From: the human T2T-CHM13v2.0 reference genome, Homo sapiens
NCBI RefSeq assembly: GCF_009914755.1
Contig: NC_060926.1
Direction: 5' to 3' (one strand)
DNA length: 64,000 bases
In this document: in pieces, positions 53,500-64,000 of the stretch
Position numbering within the stretch: position 1 is the first letter of the stretch
Layout: the number at the start of each line of letters is the position of its first letter
The notes under the pieces: generated by a model
Databases searched by the model: none
What the model saw: the letters and a program-made list of their open reading frames with translations, nothing else
Told to the model about the DNA's origin: nothing
Made by a program: the position numbers and the translations under genes

Positions 53500-53612
53500 G
53501 GATGGTAAATGTTTTAGAACCAGCTCTCTGGGCAGGTGGGGGAGGGAAGCCTCCATTTTCGTTTGCCAATTTCCGTGTTATAAATATGACCATCACTGTG
53601 ACCAGTTTCAAG
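53500..53612. mobile_element. MER63-like hAT fragment
   Basis: GGTAAATGTTTTAGAACCAGCTCTCTGGG...CGTTTGCCAATTTCCGTGTTATAAATA...TTTCAAGC. Confidence 0.55.
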
Positions 53613-54548
53613 CTTTATTATAAGTGGCTGTTTTTAAAATATGAAAGATTTGGGGCTGATAATGTTTTATTTTTGTACTGGTTTTACTTTTAATGGCTAA
53701 TACATAAACATGTTATAAATAATCCTTATGAATAAATGTTTAAATAGTACTAGAATGAATATCCTTATCTGTGCATCATATTCTTATGTGTGACATGTAA
53801 TATTTTAATGCTTCATGAAATATGCAGTAGAAATATCATGTTGCACTACTACCCACAGCCCAAAGCTTTTGTTAAAGCAACAGACTTATTTATTACATGA
53901 TATGAGTTTCCTTTTCCAGTCCAGGGAAATTGGAGTGTATGAGCTTCTGACACCATTGGCTTGCCAACATTTGTTCCATGGGCACGGCATGAGAACATAA
54001 GACAATTAGATTTTCTTTTTCAAAAAATATTTTAAGGGATTTTAATTCACTCATTACATTTGGCATCTTTTCATCCATTCTGGCTTTCATTTCTAATATT
54101 TTTCTTATTGTCTTGAATATATTAATTACTTCCATTTTAAAGCCCTAGCGTGATTTCAGTATGTAGATCATCTGTGTTTGTTTCCACTTTCTGTTTCTTT
54201 GTTTCTCTTTGGATGTTGTGTATAAAAAATGTAGAGGTTCTGAGACTGTTATCTACTTCCAGAGAAGGTTCATCCTTTTCTTCTGCAGGCAGATAGAAGA
54301 AACACTGATCACCTTCTTCCAGCTAGGGACTGAACTGACCTGAGATGGCACTGCAGTTTGGGTATGGTCCACCAACCTCTGCTTTGTTGCAGTTCCCAGG
54401 GTATCTCCTTTCAGGGGTTTTTAATTGAAAGGGTGAGAAGCGGGGTCTGCAGAGCTTCTCTCATGAATACTAGCATTCCTGGGTTCTTGCCACTATGAGA
54501 CTGCTAGCTTTTTACTCTTTCAGAAGAATGTTGAGTCCAGTCCTTGGC

Positions 54549-54572
54549 TTTTTTTTTTTTTTTTTTTTTTTT
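54549..54572. repeat. Poly(T) tract (~24 nt)
   Basis: Read directly from the sequence. Confidence 0.9.
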
Positions 54573-56003
54573 ACAGGAAATTCTGCCTCCTGAATCACTT
54601 TTTTTTTTCTCTCCGGTCCCATGAAATTATTAAAATTTCTACCAGTTTCTTTGTATCTGAGTGATGTCAACTCTTACTCCATTCTGAGAATCAAAAATGC
54701 CCTGAGGGTGGAAAAGGAGGGTTGCAGAATATCCTCTCATCTCTCTGCTCAGAATCTACTTTATCCAGATTTTATCCCCTCAAGACTTAGTTGTTCCAAG
54801 TCTTTCTCAGTGAGAGCACTGGTCTACCACACACTCCTCTGTCATTGCTGGAACCTGAAACAATTTTCCTGGGAATTTGTACTAAGAAAATCTAACTGTA
54901 AGTAAGCAAGCAAGAAGAGAATGAAATCAGTTAGCAGTAGGTACTAAGACTGTAAAATCCATAGAAAGGAGAGGTTGGAGACAAAGCTAATATTATTATG
55001 CTAGGCCAAAGTTACAAGAAAAAGAAGACAGTAAAATAATAAAATGATATAATGCTGCTTATAGCAGCATCCATTGACCTAGTTCTCTTTAAAAAGTTAA
55101 AAAGTTAATATTCAACAATAAGTCTGTCTTTTTTTAATGTAATAAATTGAGTTAAAGAAAATCAAACAGGTTTTTCAATACAGAAATCATCAGCCTCTTA
55201 AATAATTTCATGGGCTTTGTGAATCTCTTAGATCTCTTAGATAATGTACATTATCCCAAATGTATTTGACCAGGTAATCTTTTCATCACAAAATTGTAAA
55301 AACTTAGACGCATAGGTGTCCAAAAACACTTGAAAAACTAAAAAGTTGTAACATATAAACAAACTAAAACCATATGGAATAAGTAGGAAAAAAATGAGGA
55401 ACTATTAGTATCCATCTACTAACATATGGCAGATCAGCTGGCCAGAGAGTGGCTGAATGAGTAGTACTAAAGTGAAAACATATCTACTTGTATTTTGAGG
55501 TCCCACAAACACTTTAGATGCAGGCATGTAGCCTGTACTACTTTTTATATTCCTGGATTCCCCCAAACAACCATACATCTCTATTATCAAGCAAAAATAT
55601 TCATAGTAACTACCTCCACCAAAAAAATGAACATAATATGAAGTACAAAATAAATTATTTCAACTAATATCTTTTATTTGGTAAAAATTTCCTTCCATTA
55701 AACTTACCCCACTACATTTACATATTAAATATATTCTGCGAAATACTTTGTTTCAGACGACAAATCTCATGGGCATTCTTTTTTTTTCCCACACTTGAAA
55801 TGTTTTTGTTCACTTGTTTATTCTGTAGTTACTTACTGAGGGTATTTGGGCAGGTCTTTGTGCTAGGGAGAAACAAAACTAATCTGTATGTGTTAGTCTT
55901 TGCCACACAACAAAATACCCAAAACAACAAATATGTATTCGTTCTCATAAATATCTGAAGTGGCTGAATGGTTTTCTATGGTTGGTTGGTTTGATTGATT
56001 GTT

Positions 56004-58143
56004 GTTTTTTTTCTTCCAACTTTTATTTTAGGTTCAGGGGGCACTTGTGCAGATCTGTTAGCTGAGTAAATTGCATGTCACTGGGGTTTGCCCTATAAAT
56101 TATGTTGTCACCCAGGTAGTGAGTATAGTACCCAATAGGTAGCTTTTCAATCCACAGCTTTCTCCCACCCGCCACCCTCAAGTAAGCCCCAGTGTCTACT
56201 GTTCCCTTCTTTGTGTCCATGTGTACTCAGTGTACAGCTCCCACTTACCAGTGAGAACATGCAGTATTTCTTTTCTGTTCCTGTGTTAATTCACTTAGGA
56301 TAATGGACTCCAACTGCATCCATGTTGCCGCAATGGACATGATTGCATTCTTTTTATGGCTGCATCGTGTATATATACCACATTTTCTTTATCCAGTCCA
56401 CGGTTGATGGGCACTTAGGTTGACTGCATGTCATTGTTACCGTGAATAGTGCTGAATGAATATACACATGGATGTGTCTTTATGGTACAATACTTTATAT
56501 TCCTTTGGGAATATACCCAGTAATAGGATTGCTGGCTCTAATAGTAGTTTTAAGATCTTTGAGAAATCTCCTAACTGCTTTCCAGAGTGGCTGAACTAAT
56601 CTACGTTCTCACCAGTATTGTATAAATGTTCCCTTTTCTCCACAATTTTGCCAACATTTGTTGTGTTGTTTTTTGACTTTTTAATAATAGCCATTCTGAC
56701 TAGTGTAAGATGGTATCTCACTGTAGTCTTGATTTGTATTTCCCTAATAATTAGTGATGTTGAGCATTTTTTTTGTATGCTTGATGACTGTGTGTATGTC
56801 ATCTTTTGAGAAGTGTCTGTATATTTCTGATATGGTTAGGCTTTGTGTCCCCATTCAAATCTCATCTTGAACAGTAGTTCCCATAATCCCTACATGTCAT
56901 GGGAGGTGGGAGGTAATTGAATCATGGGGGTGGTTACCTTCATGCCGTTCTTGTGATAGTGGGTGAGTTCTTATGAGATTTGATGGCTTTATAAGGGGCT
57001 CCACCAGCCCCTTAGCTTTGCATTTCTCTCCCCTGCTGTGAAGAAGGAGGTGTTTGCTTCCCCTTCTGCCATGATTGTACGTTTCCTGAGGCCTCCCCAC
57101 CAAGGCTGAACTGTGAGTCAATTAAACCTCTTTCCTTTACAAATTACCCAGTCTCAGGTATGTCTTTATTAGCAGCATGGTAACTGACTAATACAATGCC
57201 CTTTGCCCATCTTTAATAGGGTTGTTTTTTCTTTGCTTTTTGATTTAAGTTCTTTATAGATTCTAGATATTAGACTTTTGTCCAATGTATAGTTTGCAAA
57301 TATTTTCTCCCATTTTGTAGGTTGTCTGTTTACTCTGTTGATAGTTTCTTTTGCTATGTAGAAGCTCTTTACTATAATCAGGACACACTTATCAATTTTT
57401 GTTTTTGTTGCAATTGCTTTCGGAGTCTCCATCATGAAATCTTTGCCACGGTCTGTATTCAGAATGCTGTTTCCTAGATTCTCTTTTAGGGCTTTTATCA
57501 TTTTACATTTAAGCTTCTAATCCATCTTGAGTTTATTTTTTATATGGTTAAGGGAAGAGATACAGTTTTAATCTTCTGCAAATGGCTAGTTATCCCAGCA
57601 CCATTTACTGAATAGGAAGTCCTATTTCCACTGCTTGTTATTGTCAACTTTGTCAAAGATCAGATGGTAATAGATGTGTAATAGATGTTTATTTCTGGGT
57701 TCTCTAACTTGTCCCATTGGTCTACGTGTCTGTTTTTGTAACAGTACCATGATGTTTTGGTTACTGTAGCCCTGTATTATAGTTTGAAGTCGAGTGGTGT
57801 GATGACTCAGAATTCGTACTTTTTACTTAGCTTTTGTCTATTGAGGCCCTTTTTTGCTTTTATATGAGTTTTAGAATAGTTTTTTCTAATTCTGTGAAAA
57901 AAGACATTGGTCATTTGATAGAAATAGTATTGAATCTGTAAATTGTTTTCAGTAGTATAGCCATTTTAAAAAATGACCCAATATTCATTTTCCTATTGCA
58001 ATATTTAACAACATTGACTTTTTCAATTCATGAGCATGGAATGTTTTTCATTTGTTTGTGTCATCTCTAGCTTCTTTGAGCAGTGTTTTGTAATTCTCAT
58101 TGTAGAAGTCTTTCACCTCCCTGGTTAGCTGTTTTCCTAGGTA

Positions 58144-58177
<34 letters not shown>

Positions 58178-58395
58178 GTATTGTGAATAGGCTTGCGTTT
58201 TTGATTTGGCTCTGAACTTGGACATTATTGGTGCATATAAATGCTACTGATTTTCGTACATTGATTTTGTATCCTGAAACTTTACTGAGATTGCTTATCA
58301 GTACTAGGAGTCTTCGGGCAGAAACTATGATGCTTTTTAGGTATAGAATCATATCAACTGCGAAGAGATAATTTGACTTCCTCTCTTTGTGTTTG
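56004..58395 (-). mobile_element. 5'-truncated L1PA15/16-like element containing a THE1 LTR, a (GT)n (~58144-58179) and a templated insertion
   Basis: Antisense 3'UTR (TTTTATTTTAGGTTCAGGGGGCAC...); ORF2 peptides at 56596-56802, 57169-57501 and 58137-58352. Confidence 0.92.
56828..57195 (+). mobile_element. Solo THE1C/D LTR
   Basis: TGATATGGTT...ACTAATACA ends. TSD ATTTC/ATGCC, each one change from the L1 target ATGTC. Confidence 0.93.
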
Positions 58396-59449
58396 GATGA
58401 TGGGCATTTTTTTGCACTAAAAAAATTAATTCTGCCACCAAGTGGTGTTCTTGATTACCATAGTCTACTGATACAATTAGTGTAAATACTGGACCACTAA
58501 GTGTGACCTCCTGTGAATTAAAAACTAATGCATCTTCATAAAGTCTCTGTTTTGACTTGAGAATGCTTCTATTATTTTGCATTCATTTTATATGTTAATA
58601 TTATTCTGAGTTCTTCTATTAAGCATATTTTTGCTACTCTATACAAATAAAATTTAAAATACCTTTTGTGAACAACAATACACAATTCAAGAATAAAATA
58701 TCTTATGACACAAGGAAAAATGAGGAAATGAAAGTCTATACTATTCATTTTTATTTGTGTTACATTGAAAAAAAAACAACTAAAGGTAATTAACTGAATT
58801 GTCTTCAGAGAAACTTTTGTGATGGCATATTGACCCAATATTCATTTTCCTATTGTAAACCAATGAAATGTATTGTTAGAGTTTCTGCAGATGCATAAAC
58901 TATTTTTATTCTTCATATATTAAACAGAGCTTGAAAATAAGTAGTGAATTTTAAAAATGGGAATGAGAGAAATGAAAGAGCAAAGGAAAACATGATAGAC
59001 AAGTATTTTAGAATAGGTTGTCTTAATTATCAAACAGATAGCCTATGTCCCCTGTGCCAGGTACAAAACAAAAGACAGTGTGGGGACTGTGACAACCTAG
59101 GAAGTATGTGCTACACCCATATGTTTTCAGATTCATTACTTATATAGTGTTAGGCAAAACAAAACACAACAAGGGCTAGATCCAGTATGTGGGTTACCAC
59201 TTTTCAACCTCTGCTTTGACGTCAACAACCCCAGAAAGTAGTAAGAAGCAAGTTGGAGAAGACAGGTTCTATTAAGAATAAGACATAACATCCACGGATT
59301 GCTTTCTGTAGCCCAAGACTGTTGAATGTTTAATAGATATTTTGTTAAGATAATAACAACATATAAAGTGACACTATTAACAGCTCTCCTTTACAGATAA
59401 GGACTCCAGTAAAATTTACCATTGGTCATTTTCATTTACAAAGCCTAGC

Positions 59450-59680
59450 TTTTTAAAAATAACTTATTTATTGAAGCTTTACTCTACATTCCAGATACTT
59501 CACCAAGCATTATTTGATGTATTTCTCACAAACACCTTTTAGAGTAGGCTATAACTGAGGAAACTAAATCCCCAATAGGTGAAATAAGAAGTTAAGTAGC
59601 CAAGCCCAATAAGTAAGCCATGGAGGCGAATATATGTTATCTTTAGAAACCTGGAATTCTTGGCTCCTTTGGGCTTTTTG
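59450..59680 (-). mobile_element. MIR
   Basis: TTTATTGAAGC...CATTATTTGATGTATTTCTCACAAACACC...TGAGGAAACTAAA...AAGTTAAGTAGC. Confidence 0.55.
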
Positions 59681-62009
59681 GTAAGTCCTAATGGAAAACA
59701 GTACTGGGTTCAGAGTGGTCAGAAGCCATAGAGACATGTCCCTTGAGCCTCCCTGGCTCTTTATCTGAAGCAATCCCACCCCTCTATTGCTATGCTTTTG
59801 CTCACATTACATGACCAGCATCTTCCAATAGTTCAGCTGCCATTTTTAACCTAATTTTTCTTAAGCATATGTTTTATAATTCTTCATAATTTGCTCTTTC
59901 TAGGACAAGTTGTTTCTTTAAAATCCATACTATCTCAAACAGAATATCCTTTACAATAAAGAAAAACTACTTCTGGAAACATACTGCTTCCAAAAGAAAA
60001 TTGCTGACATCCCCCGAGTGATTAAGTATAAGAAATACATCATTGTGTGTGTTTACATAATGACACTTTTTCAGCCCAGTGAAATTTATATAAATAAATT
60101 TTAATTGTCATGAAAATGTAAAAATAATAACTGTTTCATTAAGTAAGCTTCTGTTTCTTTAAGCCTAAATAGGTTTCTTTCAGAAACTAGTTCTGTAAAA
60201 ACATCCAAGAAGACTCTCCCACTGCTTGCCCCTCTGAAGTTAGCCTTAACTCCTGTGTCTGTTTTAATCCTCACTGTTTCCCCTTTCTTTATATCCTATG
60301 AATGCCAATTTCTGGCTGTTTTCCTCCCACCAGTTCCTACTTATCTCCCAATCACATGTCAGTACTCAAACTGTCAATGCCTTACTCAATACCCAGGGCC
60401 TGGGGTTTCACCAGTATCAGTTTGTACCCCTCAAGGCTGGCTATAGTAGAGTAGTTCATTTGTGAGTAAAAATTGGTAACAATTTCCCTTAACAGAGCTA
60501 CGGGATTCCTAACTACCTCAAACTTCTAAATTGGAACACACAAAAATCAGCCCAGATCTCCAACCACAATAAAGGAAAACCTTTTCTATCTGGAGAGAAC
60601 AATCATCAAGGGTGATTGCTTTAGTGCACCTTATATAACTTTGAGTCTCTATATTTCAGGCTGCTAATACTCTTTTGAGAATTAGAACCACTTGCTTGAT
60701 GGACTGATTTCTTACAGAAATACCAGAAATCAAACACTACCGGTTCCTGTACCTCTCATCTCTATCTTTCCCAGTTATTGGACAAAATACTAGGCCCTGC
60801 AGGCTGTGGTCTTCTCACTATCTAGCATCTGTTTGCAGGGCTTTTTCACTCACCGTTTTAACTGACAACATTCAAGCCAGAATGAAACCTACTGTAAACA
60901 AATGTATCCAGGTAGCTCCTTCTATCTTCTGGCTTTAATTGAAACCTGACCCTTCCCCAAAAAAGACCTTCTTTTCCCTCATGCTCATTCCTCTTAGTTG
61001 AAGCTGCCCATTCTCGAATATACTGGATTGCAATGAAATTTTCCATGCTTTTTACTGATGCTTTAAAACCATAAGTTCTTGACATTTGTATAAAAAACAG
61101 ACAATAACAATTATGATCATAATAATGCTAGTAATAAACTTAAGGTGCTGACAGTAGTTATGCACCTCTTTCTGCTCTTTACATTTGCCTTTGCCGTTTA
61201 CTGACCTCCTGGCTACGCTTCCTTATTTGCCTAGAATTTGGGTCCCTGGCTCATTAGCTTCCTATCTTCCCTGTCTTCATGTTTATGGCCCATTAAGTAA
61301 ACTAACCTCGTAAATGCTTGACCTCTTAAGCTCCAACACAGTTTACTGGCACTCCTCCTAAGTATACCTCTCCCATGGCTCTTCTTGGTCTTATCATAGG
61401 ATAGATATCTGAAGTATCACACTGAAAGTATAGATGAAAGCATATAGTGGTGATTACAGCCATAATTTTTTTTTTAGCTATCTCAGGCTGCAAATGTGAA
61501 ACACGGAAAGAATTCAACCCAAAACTTCAACCAGATTTCAAGAGCTATTTCTTTTGATATAGTCTAAAGCTCTATAGATTGATTTTATTCCATATCGAGT
61601 ACAGAATCCAAGGTACATAACTTTAATTATCTCTACCCCCTAGAATCATCTATTAGTCAATTCACATTTATTTTCTTATTTAGCTATAAAGACCTGGCTC
61701 CAGGTTCAGCAACTCTGGGAATACTTTCCTGAACCTCAACTCCAAACAGGTACAACTGCTCACTGTACCATATATGCATTTCTACCCAAATGCCTACCAT
61801 ACTTTATTGACCTTGTTTGCATAGCTACTTCTTTTTATGAGATTATAAACTCTTTAATAGCAAATATCCTATTTTATTTCTGGATCTCAGTGCCTCACAC
61901 AGAGATCAACACCAAGTAAGCTTAGTCTATGTCTTCTAAATGAATCAACAAATAATTCTTCTGAGAAACTGCATAGATTTAACTGTCAGAAATGTTCACT
62001 AGGTCTCAT

Positions 62010-62810
62010 TCATTTTTAATAGGCCATTTTTGAACAGTTTCAGGTTAACAGAAAAATTGAGGGCAAAATACAAATAGTTCCCACATAACTCGTCACTACC
62101 CTCCAACCCCAGGTTCCCCTATTATTAACAGCTTGCACTAGTGTGGTACATTTGTTAAAATTGATGGACCAATATTGATATAGTATTATTAACTGACTCC
62201 CATATTTTACATTATGGTTCCTTCTTGGTGTCGCAGAGTTCTATGTGTTTTGACAGGTATATAATGGCACGAATCAACCATAACAGTAGCACACAAAATC
62301 ATTTCACTGCCCTAAAAATGCCCTCTGTTCCACCTATTCATGCTTCCCTTCCCTCCTCCTGAACCCTAGCCATCACTGATCTTTATACTGTCTCCATAGT
62401 TTTAAATTCCAGGATATTATATGACTGGAAACACATAGTATGCAACACTTCCAGACTAGCTTCTTCTACTTAGAAATATGCATTTGAGCTTTATTTATTT
62501 TTATGACTTGATAGCTTATTTCATATTGCTGAATAATATTCCATTGCCTGCATGGACTGCAGTTTATTTATCCCTTCACCTATTAAATAACATCTTGGTT
62601 GTTTCCAAGTTTTGGCAATTTATGGAAAGAGTTGCTATAAATGTTTATATGCAGGTTTTTGTGTGGACCCAAGTTTTCAACTCATTTGGGAAAATACCAA
62701 GGAGCAGTATAGCTGGATCATATAGTAAGAATATGTTTAATTGTGTAAGAAACCATCAAACTGCCCAAAGTGGCTGTAACATTTGCTTTCCCACCAAGAA
62801 TGAACAAGAG
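62010..62810 (-). mobile_element. L1MC/L1MD-type 3'UTR fragment
   Basis: CAGTTTCAGGTTAACAGAAAAATTGAG...CCCCTATTATTAAC...GTGTGGTACATTTGTT, then GGAAAATACCAAGGAG...GCTGGATCATATAGTAAG. Confidence 0.8.
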
Positions 62811-63384
62811 TCCTTGTCTCATTCACGTTTTGGGATACAATGGCCCATCTTTAAACATATGCTCATATTCTACTCTTCGTTATGATAACTTGTTTTCTCA
62901 TCCAGCACTTACGGCAACTTTCTCTGATCCTGTGACACCTGATAAACACCCTTGTACCCCTTCCCACGTAGCATTTAACACATGGCAGTGTAACAATGCT
63001 GCTGCAACCCTAGTGAAGCCAGTCTCAGTTTTCTCTTTATATACCCGAACAATGTATCTAAAACAATGCCTGTAAGTCTTCAATAAATGTGTAATTAGCT
63101 CATAAGTCTATGCATAAATGAACGCATAATAGCCTATGTTTGTTTACCTTCTTACACAGTAATACAGAAGACAAGTCTGTTGCTTCTAGTGATAAAACTA
63201 CAGGACTAGAAGGGCCCTAATGGAATCTGAATAAGACCTAGATCAGATTACCATGGTGAGTGGTGCTACTGTTCTGGAGAAAACATCTGCTGGAGAAAGT
63301 GCACTGCTCACAAGAAAATGGAGAGAGCTTATAAACAGACCTAATGTTTTATTCCCCTTTGTACAGGGTCAAGCATGTATAAGT

Positions 63385-63920
63385 CACCCTGAGAGCAGTG
63401 AATGAGTGCACTAAACAGAACATTAAGCTATGTGACAGGAGAATTGACTCTATTCTTGGCTCTGTCAGTGACTATCTGTCTAACAATGGGCAAAGTCCCT
63501 AGTTGGCTTTATCCTCTGATTCTTCATAGGCAAAATGAGGGTTTTACTGATTAAACTTTAAAAACTTGTGTTTATTTCCTACTACGTGTGTCCCAAATGC
63601 TTGCGCCACAGCAGAACTCAGATGGGCAAAGTCCTTTCTTCGAAAATGCTAACATTCTAGAGACGAGGGAGGTGATAGGGAGAAGCAACAAATAAACTAA
63701 AAAAGCATATGACAATTTGCAAGAAATGACAGGAAGGAATGAAATGAAGCGATGGAATGGAGAGAGGCTCCCCAGGAATTAATATTAAACCAAGTGGTCC
63801 ATCAACCTCTATCATGACATGATGTTGAAACTGAGTCCTGAGTGGCCAGAAAGCCAGCCAGCCTTATGAAGATCTGTTGGGAAAATATCCTACAATGAGG
63901 AACAGCTGGTAAAAGCATAT
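63385..63920. mobile_element. MIR (~63385-63555) followed by an L2 3' fragment
   Basis: CTTGGCTCTGTCAGTGACTATCTG...GGGCAAAGTC...TCTTCATAGGCAAAATGAGG; then L2-like TTTATT.CCTACTACGTG...ACATTCTAG. Confidence 0.5.
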
Positions 63921-64000
63921 GAGACAGTTGTATCTTCTAAGATCTCTCCAATCTCTTGGGTTCTAGGATTCTATTGTTGTTTGAGCACACCCATAGCAGG

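Noticed and set aside
55052-55070. Short hairpins and palindromes (ATGCTGCTTATAGCAGCAT; also near 7078 and 28256)
   Set aside because: Too short to exceed chance in 64 kb and no ncRNA context.

Overview
AT-rich, repeat-dense primate (probably human or other hominoid) genomic DNA that looks intronic or intergenic. I recognise no host protein-coding exon, RNA gene or CRISPR array. The ORF track consists of transposon remnants, simple repeats and chance ORFs. The window holds four 5'-inverted (twin-primed) L1PA insertions, a rearranged L1MA-type element, an older L1PA15/16-like element and seven Alus. It also holds two complete THE1 MaLR proviruses, two solo MaLR LTRs, a MER21-type ERVL remnant with nested insertions, a near-full-length Tigger1, Tigger3b, and older MIR/L2/L3 fossils. 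I found no convincing new biological system. The most interesting signals are scars of retrotransposition and DNA repair. One is a ~170-bp L1 that joins the extreme 3' end to an inverted 5'UTR piece ending at the known L1 splice donor near nt 97. Another is a ~675-bp local duplication pasted into a MIR. A third is a 25-bp templated insertion copied from ~860 bp away. Subfamily names were assigned by eye from remembered consensus features and need RepeatMasker/Dfam confirmation.
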